DNA of 64,000 nucleotides from NCBI GenBank assembly GCA_020437365.1, contig JAGQWM010000004.1:3568-67567 (forward strand), written 5' to 3'. Numbering within the stretch: position 1 is the first letter of the stretch; each line of letters begins with the position of its first letter. Positions 28,099 through 38,048 of the stretch are shown piece by piece. Made by a program: the position numbers and the translations under genes. This DNA is from Chitinophagaceae bacterium (GTDB lineage Bacteria > Bacteroidota > Bacteroidia > Chitinophagales > Chitinophagaceae). A model generated the notes under the pieces. The model saw only the letters and a program-made list of their open reading frames with translations. It was not told where the DNA came from and ran no database searches.

Positions 28099-28614
28099 TT
28101 ATGATTTTTGAGTGAAAGAAGTCAATCCTTTAAAATATATTTTTCCTCTTTGCTCCGCAAAATAATCCACTACCAAGGCAATCAGTGCCATTGCCGAAAG
28201 GCCAATGCCAAATCCTTTCCAAAAAACATTTTTTGCATCAGCATAAAAAAAGAGGAGCAGAAAAATACCTATAAGCAAGAATATGATTTCGAGATAACGA
28301 TAAAGTTTAAAATTTTGCATAACCGTTTGCATTCTCGGCCATTCTACATTTTTCAATTCCGATGGATTCATATCGTAAGCATATACATTCCGTTTTCTGT
28401 CTTCATCACTTCTTTTATACACGGTATAACCTACAATACCCAAAATACTTCCAATCATAAAAATGGGAATGGCAGCACCTGTAAAACAGGTCGAATGCAG
28501 AAAAAAGAAAAATACCAAGGCTGTTAATTCAGACAAGATGCCGATAATAACAAACCAATAGCTTTCTTTCTTTTCTGCCAGAAAATAGGTTTCAATATCT
28601 TTTTTTTCAAACAT
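28099..28614 (-). CDS. Hypothetical membrane protein
   Basis: 171 aa with 4 hydrophobic segments; overlaps the gpx stop. Confidence 0.75.
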   Translation of the reverse strand: MFEKKDIETYFLAEKKESYWFVIIGILSELTALVFFFFLHSTCFTGAAIPIFMIGSILGIVGYTVYKRSDEDRKRNVYAYDMNPSELKNVEWPRMQTVMQNFKLYRYLEIIFLLIGIFLLLFFYADAKNVFWKGFGIGLSAMALIALVVDYFAEQRGKIYFKGLTSFTQKS

Positions 28615-29203
28615 GGTTTTGGTTTTTAATAATTGAAATTACATCAGGATCCAAAGGCGATATGGCAGGCCCGAAATAATGCGTCAGTTCGCCTTTTTCA
28701 TTGACAAGGTATTTTGTAAAATTCCAGGAAGGCGGTTTATCATTCCAACCATTTTGCTCTTTGTGTGTCAGCCATTGAAAAATTTTATTTTGCGAAGGAG
28801 ATTTTCGCACAGAAGATTTTTGCATCAACGGAAACCGAATGCCATAATTTTTTTCACAAAAATTGGCAATGTCTTTATCTGTTCCTTTTTCCTGGTCTTT
28901 AAAATCGTTTGACGGAAATGCCAAAACGACTAATTCATTTGTGTACTGATCAGCCAATTGTTGCAAATCTTTGTATTGATGTGTATAACCACAATCGCTG
29001 GCCGTATTGACAAGCAACACTTTTTTCCCTCGTAAATCATCAAAATTGAATGCTTCGCCGTTATTCAACTTGTTATGGAGCCCATAAAAAGATTGTTGTG
29101 GTGTTGCCTTGCCATTTAAAATTGAATTTCGTTTTTGAAATTTTTTTGAAGCCCACATAAAAAGCGGATAGATTTTTTTTAATATCGTTTGCCGAAGTGT
29201 CAT
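28607..29203 (-). CDS. Glutathione peroxidase family protein (Cys type)
   Basis: LVNTASDCGYTHQY, LAFPSNDF, WNFTKYLVNEKG. Confidence 0.93.
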   Translation of the reverse strand: MTLRQTILKKIYPLFMWASKKFQKRNSILNGKATPQQSFYGLHNKLNNGEAFNFDDLRGKKVLLVNTASDCGYTHQYKDLQQLADQYTNELVVLAFPSNDFKDQEKGTDKDIANFCEKNYGIRFPLMQKSSVRKSPSQNKIFQWLTHKEQNGWNDKPPSWNFTKYLVNEKGELTHYFGPAISPLDPDVISIIKNQNHV

Positions 29204-29216
29204 TTCTCAAATCTTG

Positions 29217-30590
29217 TCATTTGATAATTTTTTTAAAGAGTTTTAATTTTCCTTTAAATGGTGGATATTTTATTGCCGGGTCAAACCAGGTTGGCGTTTT
29301 CATAACGGCCTTTCGATGGCTGAACGTATCAAATGAAAAACGTCCATGATATTGCCCGATGCCACTATTACCACGTCCGCCAAAAGGTAAATGATGATTG
29401 GTTATATGCCAGCTTGAATTATTGACACATACACCACCTGCGGGAATATTTTGCAACCAGTAATGAATTGTATTGCTGCCGGAAGCATAAATATAAAGTG
29501 AAAGTGGGTTTGGGTTTTGTTGTATTATGTTTAAAGCTTCCTCTTTATCCTGGAAACCAATCACCGGTAAAACGGGGCCAAAAATTTCTTCCTGCATCAC
29601 CGGATCGCTGATTTTTACACCTGTTAATATCGTCGGTTCAATATATAATTTTTCTTTGTCGTATCGGCCACCATGCACAACTGTTCCGGATGCTACATAT
29701 TGTTGAATACGATTGAATTGCTTTTCATTGATAATTTTTCCATAGTTATAACTGTGCAACGGATCTTTGGTAAAAAATTTTTCAATTACAATTTTTAATT
29801 GTTGCAAAAATTCCTCTTTCACCGATTCATGAATCAATACATAATCCGGCGCCACACACATTTGTCCGGCATTGGAAAATTTTGCGATAGCTATTCTTCT
29901 CGCAGCAACTTTTAGATTGGCATCGGCTTCTATGATGCAAGGACTTTTGCCACCCAATTCCAACGTAACAGGCACTAATTTATCGGCGGCCATTTTATAA
30001 ATATGCCTGCCTACTGTAGTGCTACCGGTATAAAAAATATGATCGAATCGAAAATCCTGCATCATCGGTTGTAGGACCGCAGCACCTTCGCCTTGTATAT
30101 ATAAAATATATTCCTCCGGGAAAATTTCAGTGATAATTTTTTCCATGACTGATGCAGTAGCGGGTGCAAATTCACTGGGTTTCAGCACAACAACATTTCC
30201 GGCAGCAATGGCGCCAACAAGTGGATTTAGTAAAAGCTGAAATGGATAATTCCAGGGTGCAATAATTAAAACCACACCCAACGGTTCCGCATAGATGCGG
30301 CTTTTAGAAGGAAAATTCACCAGGTTTGTTTTCACTTTTTCGGGTTGCATCCATGTATGTAAATGCCGGATAGCAGTATTCAATTCTGCTATTACCAGTC
30401 CGATTTCTGTTACCCAGCTTTCCTCTTTACTCTTTTTCAAGTCTTTCGCCAATGCCTCATAAATTTCTTCTTCGTGTTGAAGAATAGCGGATTTTAATTG
30501 GCGTAGCTGTGCTTTTCTGAAAGAAACCGAACGAGTGGCTCCACTCCTGAAATATTTTTGTAATTGTATAAGACGGGAAATGTCTGTCAT
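29217..30590 (-). CDS. Aldehyde dehydrogenase (ALDH3-like)
   Basis: PWNYP, LKPSE, YTGSTTVG, LELGGKSP, AGQMCVAPDY, EEIFGP; TATCTTTG at 30617-30624 on the minus strand. Confidence 0.95.
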   Translation of the reverse strand: MTDISRLIQLQKYFRSGATRSVSFRKAQLRQLKSAILQHEEEIYEALAKDLKKSKEESWVTEIGLVIAELNTAIRHLHTWMQPEKVKTNLVNFPSKSRIYAEPLGVVLIIAPWNYPFQLLLNPLVGAIAAGNVVVLKPSEFAPATASVMEKIITEIFPEEYILYIQGEGAAVLQPMMQDFRFDHIFYTGSTTVGRHIYKMAADKLVPVTLELGGKSPCIIEADANLKVAARRIAIAKFSNAGQMCVAPDYVLIHESVKEEFLQQLKIVIEKFFTKDPLHSYNYGKIINEKQFNRIQQYVASGTVVHGGRYDKEKLYIEPTILTGVKISDPVMQEEIFGPVLPVIGFQDKEEALNIIQQNPNPLSLYIYASGSNTIHYWLQNIPAGGVCVNNSSWHITNHHLPFGGRGNSGIGQYHGRFSFDTFSHRKAVMKTPTWFDPAIKYPPFKGKLKLFKKIIK

Positions 30591-30632
30591 TAATTTTAAT
30601 TTTATACCAAGGTAATCAAAGATAATTTTTTA

Positions 30633-31070
30633 ATGACGAATGAATATTTCATGATGCAGGCTTTGAAAGAAGCCCGAAAAGCATTGGCCGAAGATGAAGT
30701 ACCTATTGGTGCTGTTGTTGTCATTGATGAAAAAATTATTGCCCGTGGGCATAATATGACCGAACGATTAAAAGACCCAACGGCACATGCCGAAATGATT
30801 GCTTTAACAACAGCCTTCAATACTTTGGGGTCAAAATATTTACCGGAGGCAACATTATTTGTAACCATTGAACCTTGTACCATGTGTGCCGGTGCTATTT
30901 ACTGGAGCCAGGTAAGGAAAATCGTTTATGGTGCCGATGATACAAAAAACGGTTATAAAAAAATTGCGACGACAAATTGGCCCTTTCATCCAAAAGCTGA
31001 ATTAATCAGGGGCGTATTGCAAGAGGAATGTGCCCGGTTAATGAAAACATTTTTTCAGCAAAAAAGATAA
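30633..31070 (+). CDS. tadA: tRNA adenosine deaminase TadA / nucleoside deaminase
   Basis: EVPIGAV, TAHAEM, TIEPCTMCAGA. Confidence 0.9.
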   Translation: MTNEYFMMQALKEARKALAEDEVPIGAVVVIDEKIIARGHNMTERLKDPTAHAEMIALTTAFNTLGSKYLPEATLFVTIEPCTMCAGAIYWSQVRKIVYGADDTKNGYKKIATTNWPFHPKAELIRGVLQEECARLMKTFFQQKR

Positions 31071-31074
31071 ATAA

Positions 31075-31102
31075 AAAAGGCCGTCAATACTGACAGCCTT
31101 TT
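31075..31102. terminator. Bidirectional terminator between tadA and susD
   Basis: AAAAGGCCGTCA-ATAC-TGACAGCCTTTT. Confidence 0.8.
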
Positions 31103-31126
31103 GAATCTTTCAAGCAAGTAAAGTTT

Positions 31127-32533
31127 TTACTGATCCCACCAAAACTTCTGATCCAGTCCACTAATAGTAGGTACGTTACTACCATTTCTTGACGTTTCGA
31201 CAGAAGGGTAATCCAAACGGCGGATATAAGTACTCAAAACTGCATTGGCAGGCAATGAGAAACCGGAATAATTATAATTTGTTCTTCTGGCATCATTCCA
31301 GGTTTCAGAACTCAGGAACAGCGCCTTGTATTTTTCTTTAAAGATTAACGCTAAAGTAAGATTAGCTGAGCCAACAGACACAATAGGAGAATTGACATAA
31401 GCATCTCTATCAACTGCACTCACACCCATCTTATTCATATTGGCACGAATACCATCTAAATAAGCATTGTATGCACCCGTCATATCCGTTCCTTTTCTGA
31501 ATTTAGCTTCCGCTTCAAGGAATTTTGTTTCGGCATAAGAAATAATAATCAACGGTGAATTGGTGCTGCTGTAATACCCATCTACTTTCAAATAAGATTC
31601 TTCATCGTCAATACCGGTACCGATTCTTCCTACACCATTGGGCGTACCACGGTAATCGCTGTACTGTGTCAGTGTGGCAATCATAGGCAAACGAGGGTCG
31701 AAATTGCCGTAAATCGTACCATCCATCATGTCGATATACTGTGTACTTAAGAAACCATCTAATAGTAAAGCAGCATTATTCAATGCCACCTGTGCCCAAG
31801 GATTACGACTACTGAAAGTGGTAATTTGTGCATCATCACTGTTGGAGGTATAAGCATTATTCAATGCTGTTAGTACTGCATCAGGATTATAAGAAGGTAA
31901 TTTTGATACCAGACTTAAAAAACGGGCTTTGAGTGCATAGGCTGTTTTAATCCAGGCCGATTTACTTCCGTGATGTATAAAATCCAATGATGGATCTAAG
32001 TTAAAAGCAGAAGTAGGTTGTTGCAATAAAGCAATTCCTTCATCCAATAAACTCAGGCATTTGGCGTAAATCGCTTGTGCGCCGTCGTAAGAAGGTGTAA
32101 TTGTTTCGCTGGTAAATGCTTCTGTAAAAGGTGCATCGCCCCAGATGTCATGTACAAATTTTAAATTCAATGCCATCAATATTTTGGCCACGCCTTCATG
32201 TTCGGAAGAACCACTATTGGCACCCAACTGTTGCATGTCATAAATATCTGTCATGGTGTTGTACAAACTGGTCCAGGTACCGCTGGCATCGATAGATTCA
32301 TAAATATCAGATGCTGATGCCGGGTTTGGCGAAGCAAAATACTGAACATAATTAGTCGTTAAATAAGCGATTCGATACTCATCTAAAGCCGACTGGTATG
32401 TAACCTGTCCCAACAATCCATTGATTGGTGCCGTTGTAGGCGAGTTGGGATTTTCATTCACATCTAAATACTTCTTACAAGAAGGGAAAATGAATGCGGC
32501 CAACAGGATATATAAACTAAATTTTTTCATCAT
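31127..32533 (-). CDS. susD: SusD/RagB-family outer membrane lipoprotein
   Basis: Lipobox FPSC, KKYLDVNENPNSP, WGDAPFTEA, W.K.AYALKAR, EAEAKFR, EKYKALF, ETWNDARR, RRLDYP. Confidence 0.93.
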   Translation of the reverse strand: MMKKFSLYILLAAFIFPSCKKYLDVNENPNSPTTAPINGLLGQVTYQSALDEYRIAYLTTNYVQYFASPNPASASDIYESIDASGTWTSLYNTMTDIYDMQQLGANSGSSEHEGVAKILMALNLKFVHDIWGDAPFTEAFTSETITPSYDGAQAIYAKCLSLLDEGIALLQQPTSAFNLDPSLDFIHHGSKSAWIKTAYALKARFLSLVSKLPSYNPDAVLTALNNAYTSNSDDAQITTFSSRNPWAQVALNNAALLLDGFLSTQYIDMMDGTIYGNFDPRLPMIATLTQYSDYRGTPNGVGRIGTGIDDEESYLKVDGYYSSTNSPLIIISYAETKFLEAEAKFRKGTDMTGAYNAYLDGIRANMNKMGVSAVDRDAYVNSPIVSVGSANLTLALIFKEKYKALFLSSETWNDARRTNYNYSGFSLPANAVLSTYIRRLDYPSVETSRNGSNVPTISGLDQKFWWDQ

Positions 32534-32565
32534 TTATAATTTTTCATTTATTAATTAAAATGCAT

Positions 32566-35500
32566 TTAGAAAGTAAGGTTAAGTGTCAGCATATAACTCC
32601 GTAAAGCAGGATAAGTAAATCCGGCAAAGCCTGCTGCATTACTACCAGAATTAAAACTGGAACTTTCGGGATCATAACCCGTGAAATCCGTACTCAACCA
32701 TAAGTTATTGCCTGTAAAGCTGACTGTTGTTGATTTAATAAATGTTTTTCTTAAAACTGATTCAGGAATAGTATAACTGAAAGTCAGGTTTCTTAATCGA
32801 ACCCATGATGCATCTTCCACAAAATTTTCTGATACACCTCTATAAACATTTCTATAATAACCTGCACCATAATTTCTACCATCGGGTTTTAAGCCCTGGC
32901 CTGTATAAACAATCATGGTATTTTGTGTGCCATCAGAATATACGCCATCAAATGTTTGCGGCGTATCCCTGTCTTCTGTGTATTTAGCAATACCAAAAGC
33001 GGCCATGAAATTGCCTAACTGGTTGTAGCGGTATAATCCCTGTTGTGTATCGAACTGGAATGATAAACCAAATTGTTTGTATCGGAAAGTATTGACAATA
33101 CCACCCATCCACTTCGGATATACATTTCCCAAAATTCTTTGTGTGGCATCCCTTACAGGGAAACCACGGTTGCTTCCTGTTTGCGCAATGATTAAAGGCA
33201 AATCTTTTTGCACTGTCAATCCATCATCCACTTTTCCATTATAATACCTCATGTAAGAAGTTCCGAATAATGTGCCCGCAGAATGTCCTGGTAAATATTT
33301 TAAAGTAACCGTAGAGCCGGCATAACCATATTGGCTGGCCAAAACAATTTCTGTTAATTCAGGAGTAATGCTGAGGACATCATTTTTATTGGAAGTGAAA
33401 TTCAGGCTTACATCCCATCCGAAATTCTTATTCGTAATCGGCTTTCCTGATAAGGCAATTTCAATACCTTTATTTTGAATTTCACCGGCATTGATAACTG
33501 TAGTAGTATAACCTGCTGTTGGTGAAATAGCAACCGGAATAATCTGGTCGCGGCTGTTCAGTTTGTACCAGGTAAAATCAAAGTTAATCCTGTTTTTCAG
33601 GAAGCCTAATTCTGTACCAATTTCAAGTGTTGTTGTTCTTTCAGGTCTCAAACTTTTATCTCCCTTCTGATCACTTCTTGTCCATAATACCTGGCCGGTA
33701 GAACTTAATACATAAGAGCCATAATAGGTATTTAAACTATAGGGGTCATAGTCTTTACCAATCTGTGCCCAGGAAGCTCTTAGTTTTCCATAATTCCACC
33801 ATTTGGGTAGTTTTATTTTATCGGAGAATACACCTGACAAACTCACTGAAGGATAATAATAAGAATTATTACCAGGCGCCAAAGCTGAAGTTCTGTCGTT
33901 TCTACCTGTTACAGATAAGAATAAAAAATTATCGTAATCAAAAGTCAAATCACCATAAAAACTTACTATTCTATATTTTTCAATATACTCTGAATTGTAT
34001 CTGATTTTTGTATTATTCAACGAAAGCAAGGTGGGGATGTCAAGTTCATCGCCTTCGGCCGTAACACGGTTATAGTATTGATCTCTGGCACTGGTACCCA
34101 AACGCAAAGATGTATTGAATTTTTTGCTCCAGTCATGTTTTAATAATGCCCATAAATTAGAGTTCAAAATCCGATTCCTGATTCTGTATTCATACACAAA
34201 ACCAAGGCCATTGTCTTCATACGTTCTCTCTCCTGCTAAACCTAAAGGACCGGGTGCTGTATAAGTTCTTAAATCATTGGATTGATCAATACCAAGGCGA
34301 TAATTAAAATCGAGCCATTTGAATGGTGAATATACCCAGTACATACTGGCAATCACCCGATTCACATTATCTTTAAACCGGTTAGTAGCTGCACCATACA
34401 CCGGGTTATTATTACCATAGGTTTTCATGGTGCCATCGGGTTTAATGTAGTCCATTACATCCCACCTGGGTGCCCAGTAAGTCAAACTTTCATTGTACCT
34501 GTCGGCATTATACCGGTAACCGCCGGAACTGATATAATAAATAGATGGATTGAATTTTAGTTTATCGCTGATTGTGATAGTACTGTTTATTCTTGCAGAA
34601 ATATTTCTGTAATCAGTAAAAGGAATAGTTCCTTCTTGTTTGAAATAGGAGAGTGAACTATTGAAAACAGCATTTTCTGAACCGCCGCTCATGCTTACAT
34701 TGGTACGAAAACGATTTCCGTTTTGATAGCCTCTTGCATATTGATTAAATAAATGGTCGGGGTGAGAAGGGTCAATTGCTTTTGCTTCTGCAATAGTTGG
34801 TCCCCAATCAGGCCAGAAACTGGTACTATCATAACTACCGGAATAACCCATTGTGTATTTATCCTGTACTTCGGGGAATTTATTCACTTGGTCAATTCCG
34901 TAAGTGGCATCTACGCCCACTTGTATTTTACCGGCTCTTCCGGATTTAGTTGTAATTACCACAACACCATTCGAACCGGCTTGTCCGTACAATGCTGTAG
35001 CTGCACCACCTTTCAGGATGGATACATTTTCTATATCATTAGGATTTAAATCGGCAGCCCGATTACTCATGCCTCTTAGTTCGGCTTGTGCTCCAACAAG
35101 ACTAGTGCTATTGTCCATAATCACACCATCGATTACAAACAAAGGCTGATTGTTTTTGCCCGGGTCAAGTGATTTTACACCCCGAATTAAGATAGAGGCT
35201 CCTTGTCCGGGTGCACCGCCGGTGCTATTGATTTGTACACCGGCAACTTTTCCCTGGAGTGCATTAATGATATTGGGTTGTTTAGCCACTTCAAGATCTT
35301 TGGCACCAACCTCCTGGGTCGAATAACCCAAAGAACGTTTTTGCTTTTTAATACCGAAGGCTGTAACAACGACTTCGTTCAAATTTCCGGAACGAACCAT
35401 TTTTACATTGACTGAAGTTTTTTCGCCTACATTTACTTCCTGTGTTGTAAAGTTGACACTGCTGATAACTAATACAGCATTATCGTCTTGTACCTTGATG

Positions 35501-35670
35501 CTGAAATTTCCTCCGGCATCCGTTACAACTGTGTTTAACTTTCCCTTTTCCTGTACATTGGCAGAAACAAGCGGTGCACCGTTTTCATCCGATACATAAC
35601 CGGTTATTTTCTTCTGCGCTAACAATGTAAGTGGGAGCATAAGCAGCATGCTAAAAAAAAGTTTTCTCAT
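32566..35670 (-). CDS. susC: SusC/RagA-family TonB-dependent transporter
   Basis: N-terminal CarbopepD_reg-like domain, LNEVVVTAFG, LQGKVAGV, PLFVIDG, ILKGGAATALYG...NGVVVITTK, NGRNDRTS, LRPERT; C-terminal F. Confidence 0.96.
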   Translation of the reverse strand: MRKLFFSMLLMLPLTLLAQKKITGYVSDENGAPLVSANVQEKGKLNTVVTDAGGNFSIKVQDDNAVLVISSVNFTTQEVNVGEKTSVNVKMVRSGNLNEVVVTAFGIKKQKRSLGYSTQEVGAKDLEVAKQPNIINALQGKVAGVQINSTGGAPGQGASILIRGVKSLDPGKNNQPLFVIDGVIMDNSTSLVGAQAELRGMSNRAADLNPNDIENVSILKGGAATALYGQAGSNGVVVITTKSGRAGKIQVGVDATYGIDQVNKFPEVQDKYTMGYSGSYDSTSFWPDWGPTIAEAKAIDPSHPDHLFNQYARGYQNGNRFRTNVSMSGGSENAVFNSSLSYFKQEGTIPFTDYRNISARINSTITISDKLKFNPSIYYISSGGYRYNADRYNESLTYWAPRWDVMDYIKPDGTMKTYGNNNPVYGAATNRFKDNVNRVIASMYWVYSPFKWLDFNYRLGIDQSNDLRTYTAPGPLGLAGERTYEDNGLGFVYEYRIRNRILNSNLWALLKHDWSKKFNTSLRLGTSARDQYYNRVTAEGDELDIPTLLSLNNTKIRYNSEYIEKYRIVSFYGDLTFDYDNFLFLSVTGRNDRTSALAPGNNSYYYPSVSLSGVFSDKIKLPKWWNYGKLRASWAQIGKDYDPYSLNTYYGSYVLSSTGQVLWTRSDQKGDKSLRPERTTTLEIGTELGFLKNRINFDFTWYKLNSRDQIIPVAISPTAGYTTTVINAGEIQNKGIEIALSGKPITNKNFGWDVSLNFTSNKNDVLSITPELTEIVLASQYGYAGSTVTLKYLPGHSAGTLFGTSYMRYYNGKVDDGLTVQKDLPLIIAQTGSNRGFPVRDATQRILGNVYPKWMGGIVNTFRYKQFGLSFQFDTQQGLYRYNQLGNFMAAFGIAKYTEDRDTPQTFDGVYSDGTQNTMIVYTGQGLKPDGRNYGAGYYRNVYRGVSENFVEDASWVRLRNLTFSYTIPESVLRKTFIKSTTVSFTGNNLWLSTDFTGYDPESSSFNSGSNAAGFAGFTYPALRSYMLTLNLTF

Positions 35671-36281
35671 TGTTATATCTTGTTTTAGTTTAAGATTAAG
35701 CTTTTAAAATATGTTTTGATTCTTGCAGTTACCTTCTGGTAATTCTCAAATTTATAGGAATTTTTCAGCAAAACCATTCGATTTGTCGCAAAATACTGCA
35801 TTTTTTTTGCACAAAAGCCGCAAAAACTTGCAATTTTTGACTCCATTTATTAAAACTCTATTGGCACAGCCGGAAATCTTCAATTCCTGATAAAATTTTA
35901 TTCCCGGCATCATTGCTTTCGATTGGCTTTCTTGACAATGCATTTAATTGTTGCAATCTACTTTAAAAACATATAGCTTGTCAATGTTGTAATACATTTT
36001 TTTTAAACGGTTGGTTCATAGTAATAATTTCTTTCAATCAAAAATTGTTGTAACGACATTCATACCTTGTGCCAGTCAATTTTTAATTTTTAAGTTATTT
36101 TCGGTTATACTTTACCGTTGTAATAAATGATATTCCAAGCGAAAATACATTTAGGTTCATTTTTTTTATGCATAAAAGGTTCAAAGTAAGCCTCACCCAA
36201 CTTTTCTTTCCTGCAACCTGCAAGCAGAAAACAATTCCCGATACCGAAAGAGGGGCACAAGGTTTTTCAACCGATAAGAAT

Positions 36282-36289
36282 TAAATTTG
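36282..36289 (+). promoter_or_regulatory. -7 promoter element for the sod gene
   Basis: TAAATTTG, 44 nt upstream of the ATG. Confidence 0.65.
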
Positions 36290-36333
36290 TCCACCTGATA
36301 AAAAACTATTTTTTCACACTAAAAAAATACATT

Positions 36334-36930
36334 ATGGCATTTACATTAGCAGCACTTCCTTATGCAGAAGATGCATTAGAACCACATATTGATAAAGAGA
36401 CGATGCAAATTCACTATGGCAAACATCACCAGGCGTATGTCAATAACCTGAACAAGGCCATTGCCGGAACGGATAATGAGAATAAATCGCTGGAGGATTT
36501 AGTAGCCCATGCAGGCGCTATTTCTCCTGCCGTTAGGAATAATGGTGGCGGACACTGGAACCACAGTTTTTTCTGGGAAAGCCTGGCGCCCGGCAAAGGT
36601 GGTTCACCTTCCGGAAAACTGGCAGATGCCATCAAGGAAGCCTTTGGTTCTTTCGATACATTTAAAGAACAATTTGCTGCGGCCGGTATGACAAGATTTG
36701 GTAGTGGCTGGGCCTGGCTCATCAAAAAAGCCGATGGTAAATTGGCTGTTTGCTCTACACCCAACCAGGACAATCCGTTGATGGACGTTGCCGAAGAAAA
36801 AGGGACTCCTTTGCTCGGTTGCGATGTTTGGGAACATGCATATTATTTAAAATACCAAAACAGAAGAGCCGATTATCTCGCCGCATTTTGGAATGTTGTA
36901 AACTGGGATAAAGTAGCAGAAAGATTGTAA
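36334..36930 (+). CDS. sodA: Fe/Mn superoxide dismutase
   Basis: [34 protein letters not shown]. Metal specificity not determined. Confidence 0.95.
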   Translation: MAFTLAALPYAEDALEPHIDKETMQIHYGKHHQAYVNNLNKAIAGTDNENKSLEDLVAHAGAISPAVRNNGGGHWNHSFFWESLAPGKGGSPSGKLADAIKEAFGSFDTFKEQFAAAGMTRFGSGWAWLIKKADGKLAVCSTPNQDNPLMDVAEEKGTPLLGCDVWEHAYYLKYQNRRADYLAAFWNVVNWDKVAERL

Positions 36931-36950
36931 AGGTTATAGCTACAATAAGG

Positions 36951-36982
36951 AAAGCCGTTTCAACAATTGGAACGGTTTTTTT
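36951..36982. terminator. Terminator between convergent sod and yidD
   Basis: GCCGTTTCAA-CAA-TTGGAACGGT followed by a T-run; A-run upstream. Confidence 0.7.
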
Positions 36983-36994
36983 ATTCAAAAAATT

Positions 36995-37225
36995 TTAAGG
37001 CACCGGGTCATAGCCACTGCCGCCCCAGGGATGACAACGGCTGATTCTTTTCACCGCCAACCAGAAACCTTTGAATACGCCGTATTTTTTAAAAGCCTGC
37101 ATGGCATAATGAGAACAAGTGGGTGTGTAACGGCATTTTGGCCCCAGCCAGGGTGAAATAATTAACTGGTAAATTTTTATCAGCAGGATAAAAGGTAGGC
37201 TTAGTATTTTAAGAATGATCTTCAC
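36995..37225 (-). CDS. yidD: Membrane protein insertion efficiency factor YidD
   Basis: [35 protein letters not shown]. Confidence 0.95.
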   Translation of the reverse strand: MKIILKILSLPFILLIKIYQLIISPWLGPKCRYTPTCSHYAMQAFKKYGVFKGFWLAVKRISRCHPWGGSGYDPVP

Positions 37226-37598
37226 GTAAATTTTTTATCAGTGTGATCAAAATTTTTTTAACTGATTTATAAAAAACCGGGTAGTCAGCAATGTCTTGTT
37301 GAATATACACCAGGAAAAGATGCATTCCCTTTTTTTGTTGCTCTAAAACTTCCTGCAATTCATTTTTTTGTAAACGATAGGCTTCTCGCACCAATCGTTT
37401 TATCTTATTGCGATCAACAGCTTTTTTAAAATTTTTGTTGCTGACACTTACACCAAATTGTAAACCCGGCGTATTTTTTATGGCATAAAAAACCCGAAAC
37501 GGCTGTTGTGTAAATCGCCGGCCGCTTTGAAACAAAGCATCCAAAGCTTTGCGACTTTTCAGTCTTTCTGATTTCCTGAATGTAAATTGTTTGGGCAA
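37209..37598 (-). CDS. rnpA: Ribonuclease P protein component
   Basis: [38 protein letters not shown]. Likely TTG start at 37598. Confidence 0.93.
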   Translation of the reverse strand: MPKQFTFRKSERLKSRKALDALFQSGRRFTQQPFRVFYAIKNTPGLQFGVSVSNKNFKKAVDRNKIKRLVREAYRLQKNELQEVLEQQKKGMHLFLVYIQQDIADYPVFYKSVKKILITLIKNLREDHS

Positions 37599-37610
37599 TG
37601 ATATACAAAT

Positions 37611-37643
37611 AAAAAACTCCGTCTCGCATACAACGCGACGGAG
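37611..37643 (-). terminator. Intrinsic terminator-like hairpin between rpmH and rnpA
   Basis: Minus strand CTCCGTCGCG-TTGTATG-CGAGACGGAG followed by TTTTTT. Confidence 0.7.
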
Positions 37644-37692
37644 CGATAAAAAATTCAGTTGTTGTCCGGTTTTACATCTTATGGACAAGAAA

Positions 37693-37848
37693 TTATTTCA
37701 ATTTGCTTTCATCGGAAACCGTCAGCTTTACACGGCCCTTTGCACGGCGACTTGCCAATACTTTGCGTCCATTTGCAGTGGACATTCTTTTTCTGAAGCC
37801 ATGTACTGTTTTACGACGTTTGCGATGAGGTTGATATGTACGTTTCAT
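37693..37848 (-). CDS. rpmH: 50S ribosomal protein L34 (51 aa)
   Basis: Below the ORF-track cutoff. Manual translation: [51 protein letters not shown]. Confidence 0.97.
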   Translation of the reverse strand: MKRTYQPHRKRRKTVHGFRKRMSTANGRKVLASRRAKGRVKLTVSDESKLK

Positions 37849-37995
37849 TTTTTTTTATTTTTCACGATGTAAACTTCTTCGGCTTTGTGCCGGCAAAGTC
37901 TTGAAATTCGGTTGGCCCAATTCGGACTCCTTTCGGAGGAGAACAACCAGTTTTCTGTTTTTCTGCGAGTCACCACACTCACAGATTTGTGAAAG
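37849..37995 (-). ncRNA. Candidate structured 5' leader of rpmH
   Basis: Hairpins CTGTGAGT/ACTCGCAG, CTCC-GAAA-GGAG inside GGTTG/CAACC, and CTTTG/CAAAG, lying between the -7 box and the ATG. Confidence 0.45.
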
Positions 37996-38000
37996 GACGG

Positions 38001-38008
38001 CAAAGGTA
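38001..38008 (-). promoter_or_regulatory. -7 promoter element for rpmH-rnpA-yidD
   Basis: Minus strand TACCTTTG. Confidence 0.7.
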
Positions 38009-38048
38009 GGGTTTTACACGCAAAGATGAAAAGTAATTCACTCGTTTT

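Noticed and set aside
32660-32675. CCCGAAAG-like sequence in susC (minus strand)
   Set aside because: Encodes the conserved SusC 'DPE' motif and has no second arm
35671-36333. Riboswitch or ncRNA in the long susC-sod intergenic region
   Set aside because: No cobalamin, TPP or SAM consensus elements and no convincing stems found by eye
36995-38048. rpmH-rnpA-yidD as a marker of oriC/dnaA proximity
   Set aside because: The upstream gene is murI, not dnaA, and no DnaA boxes are seen here
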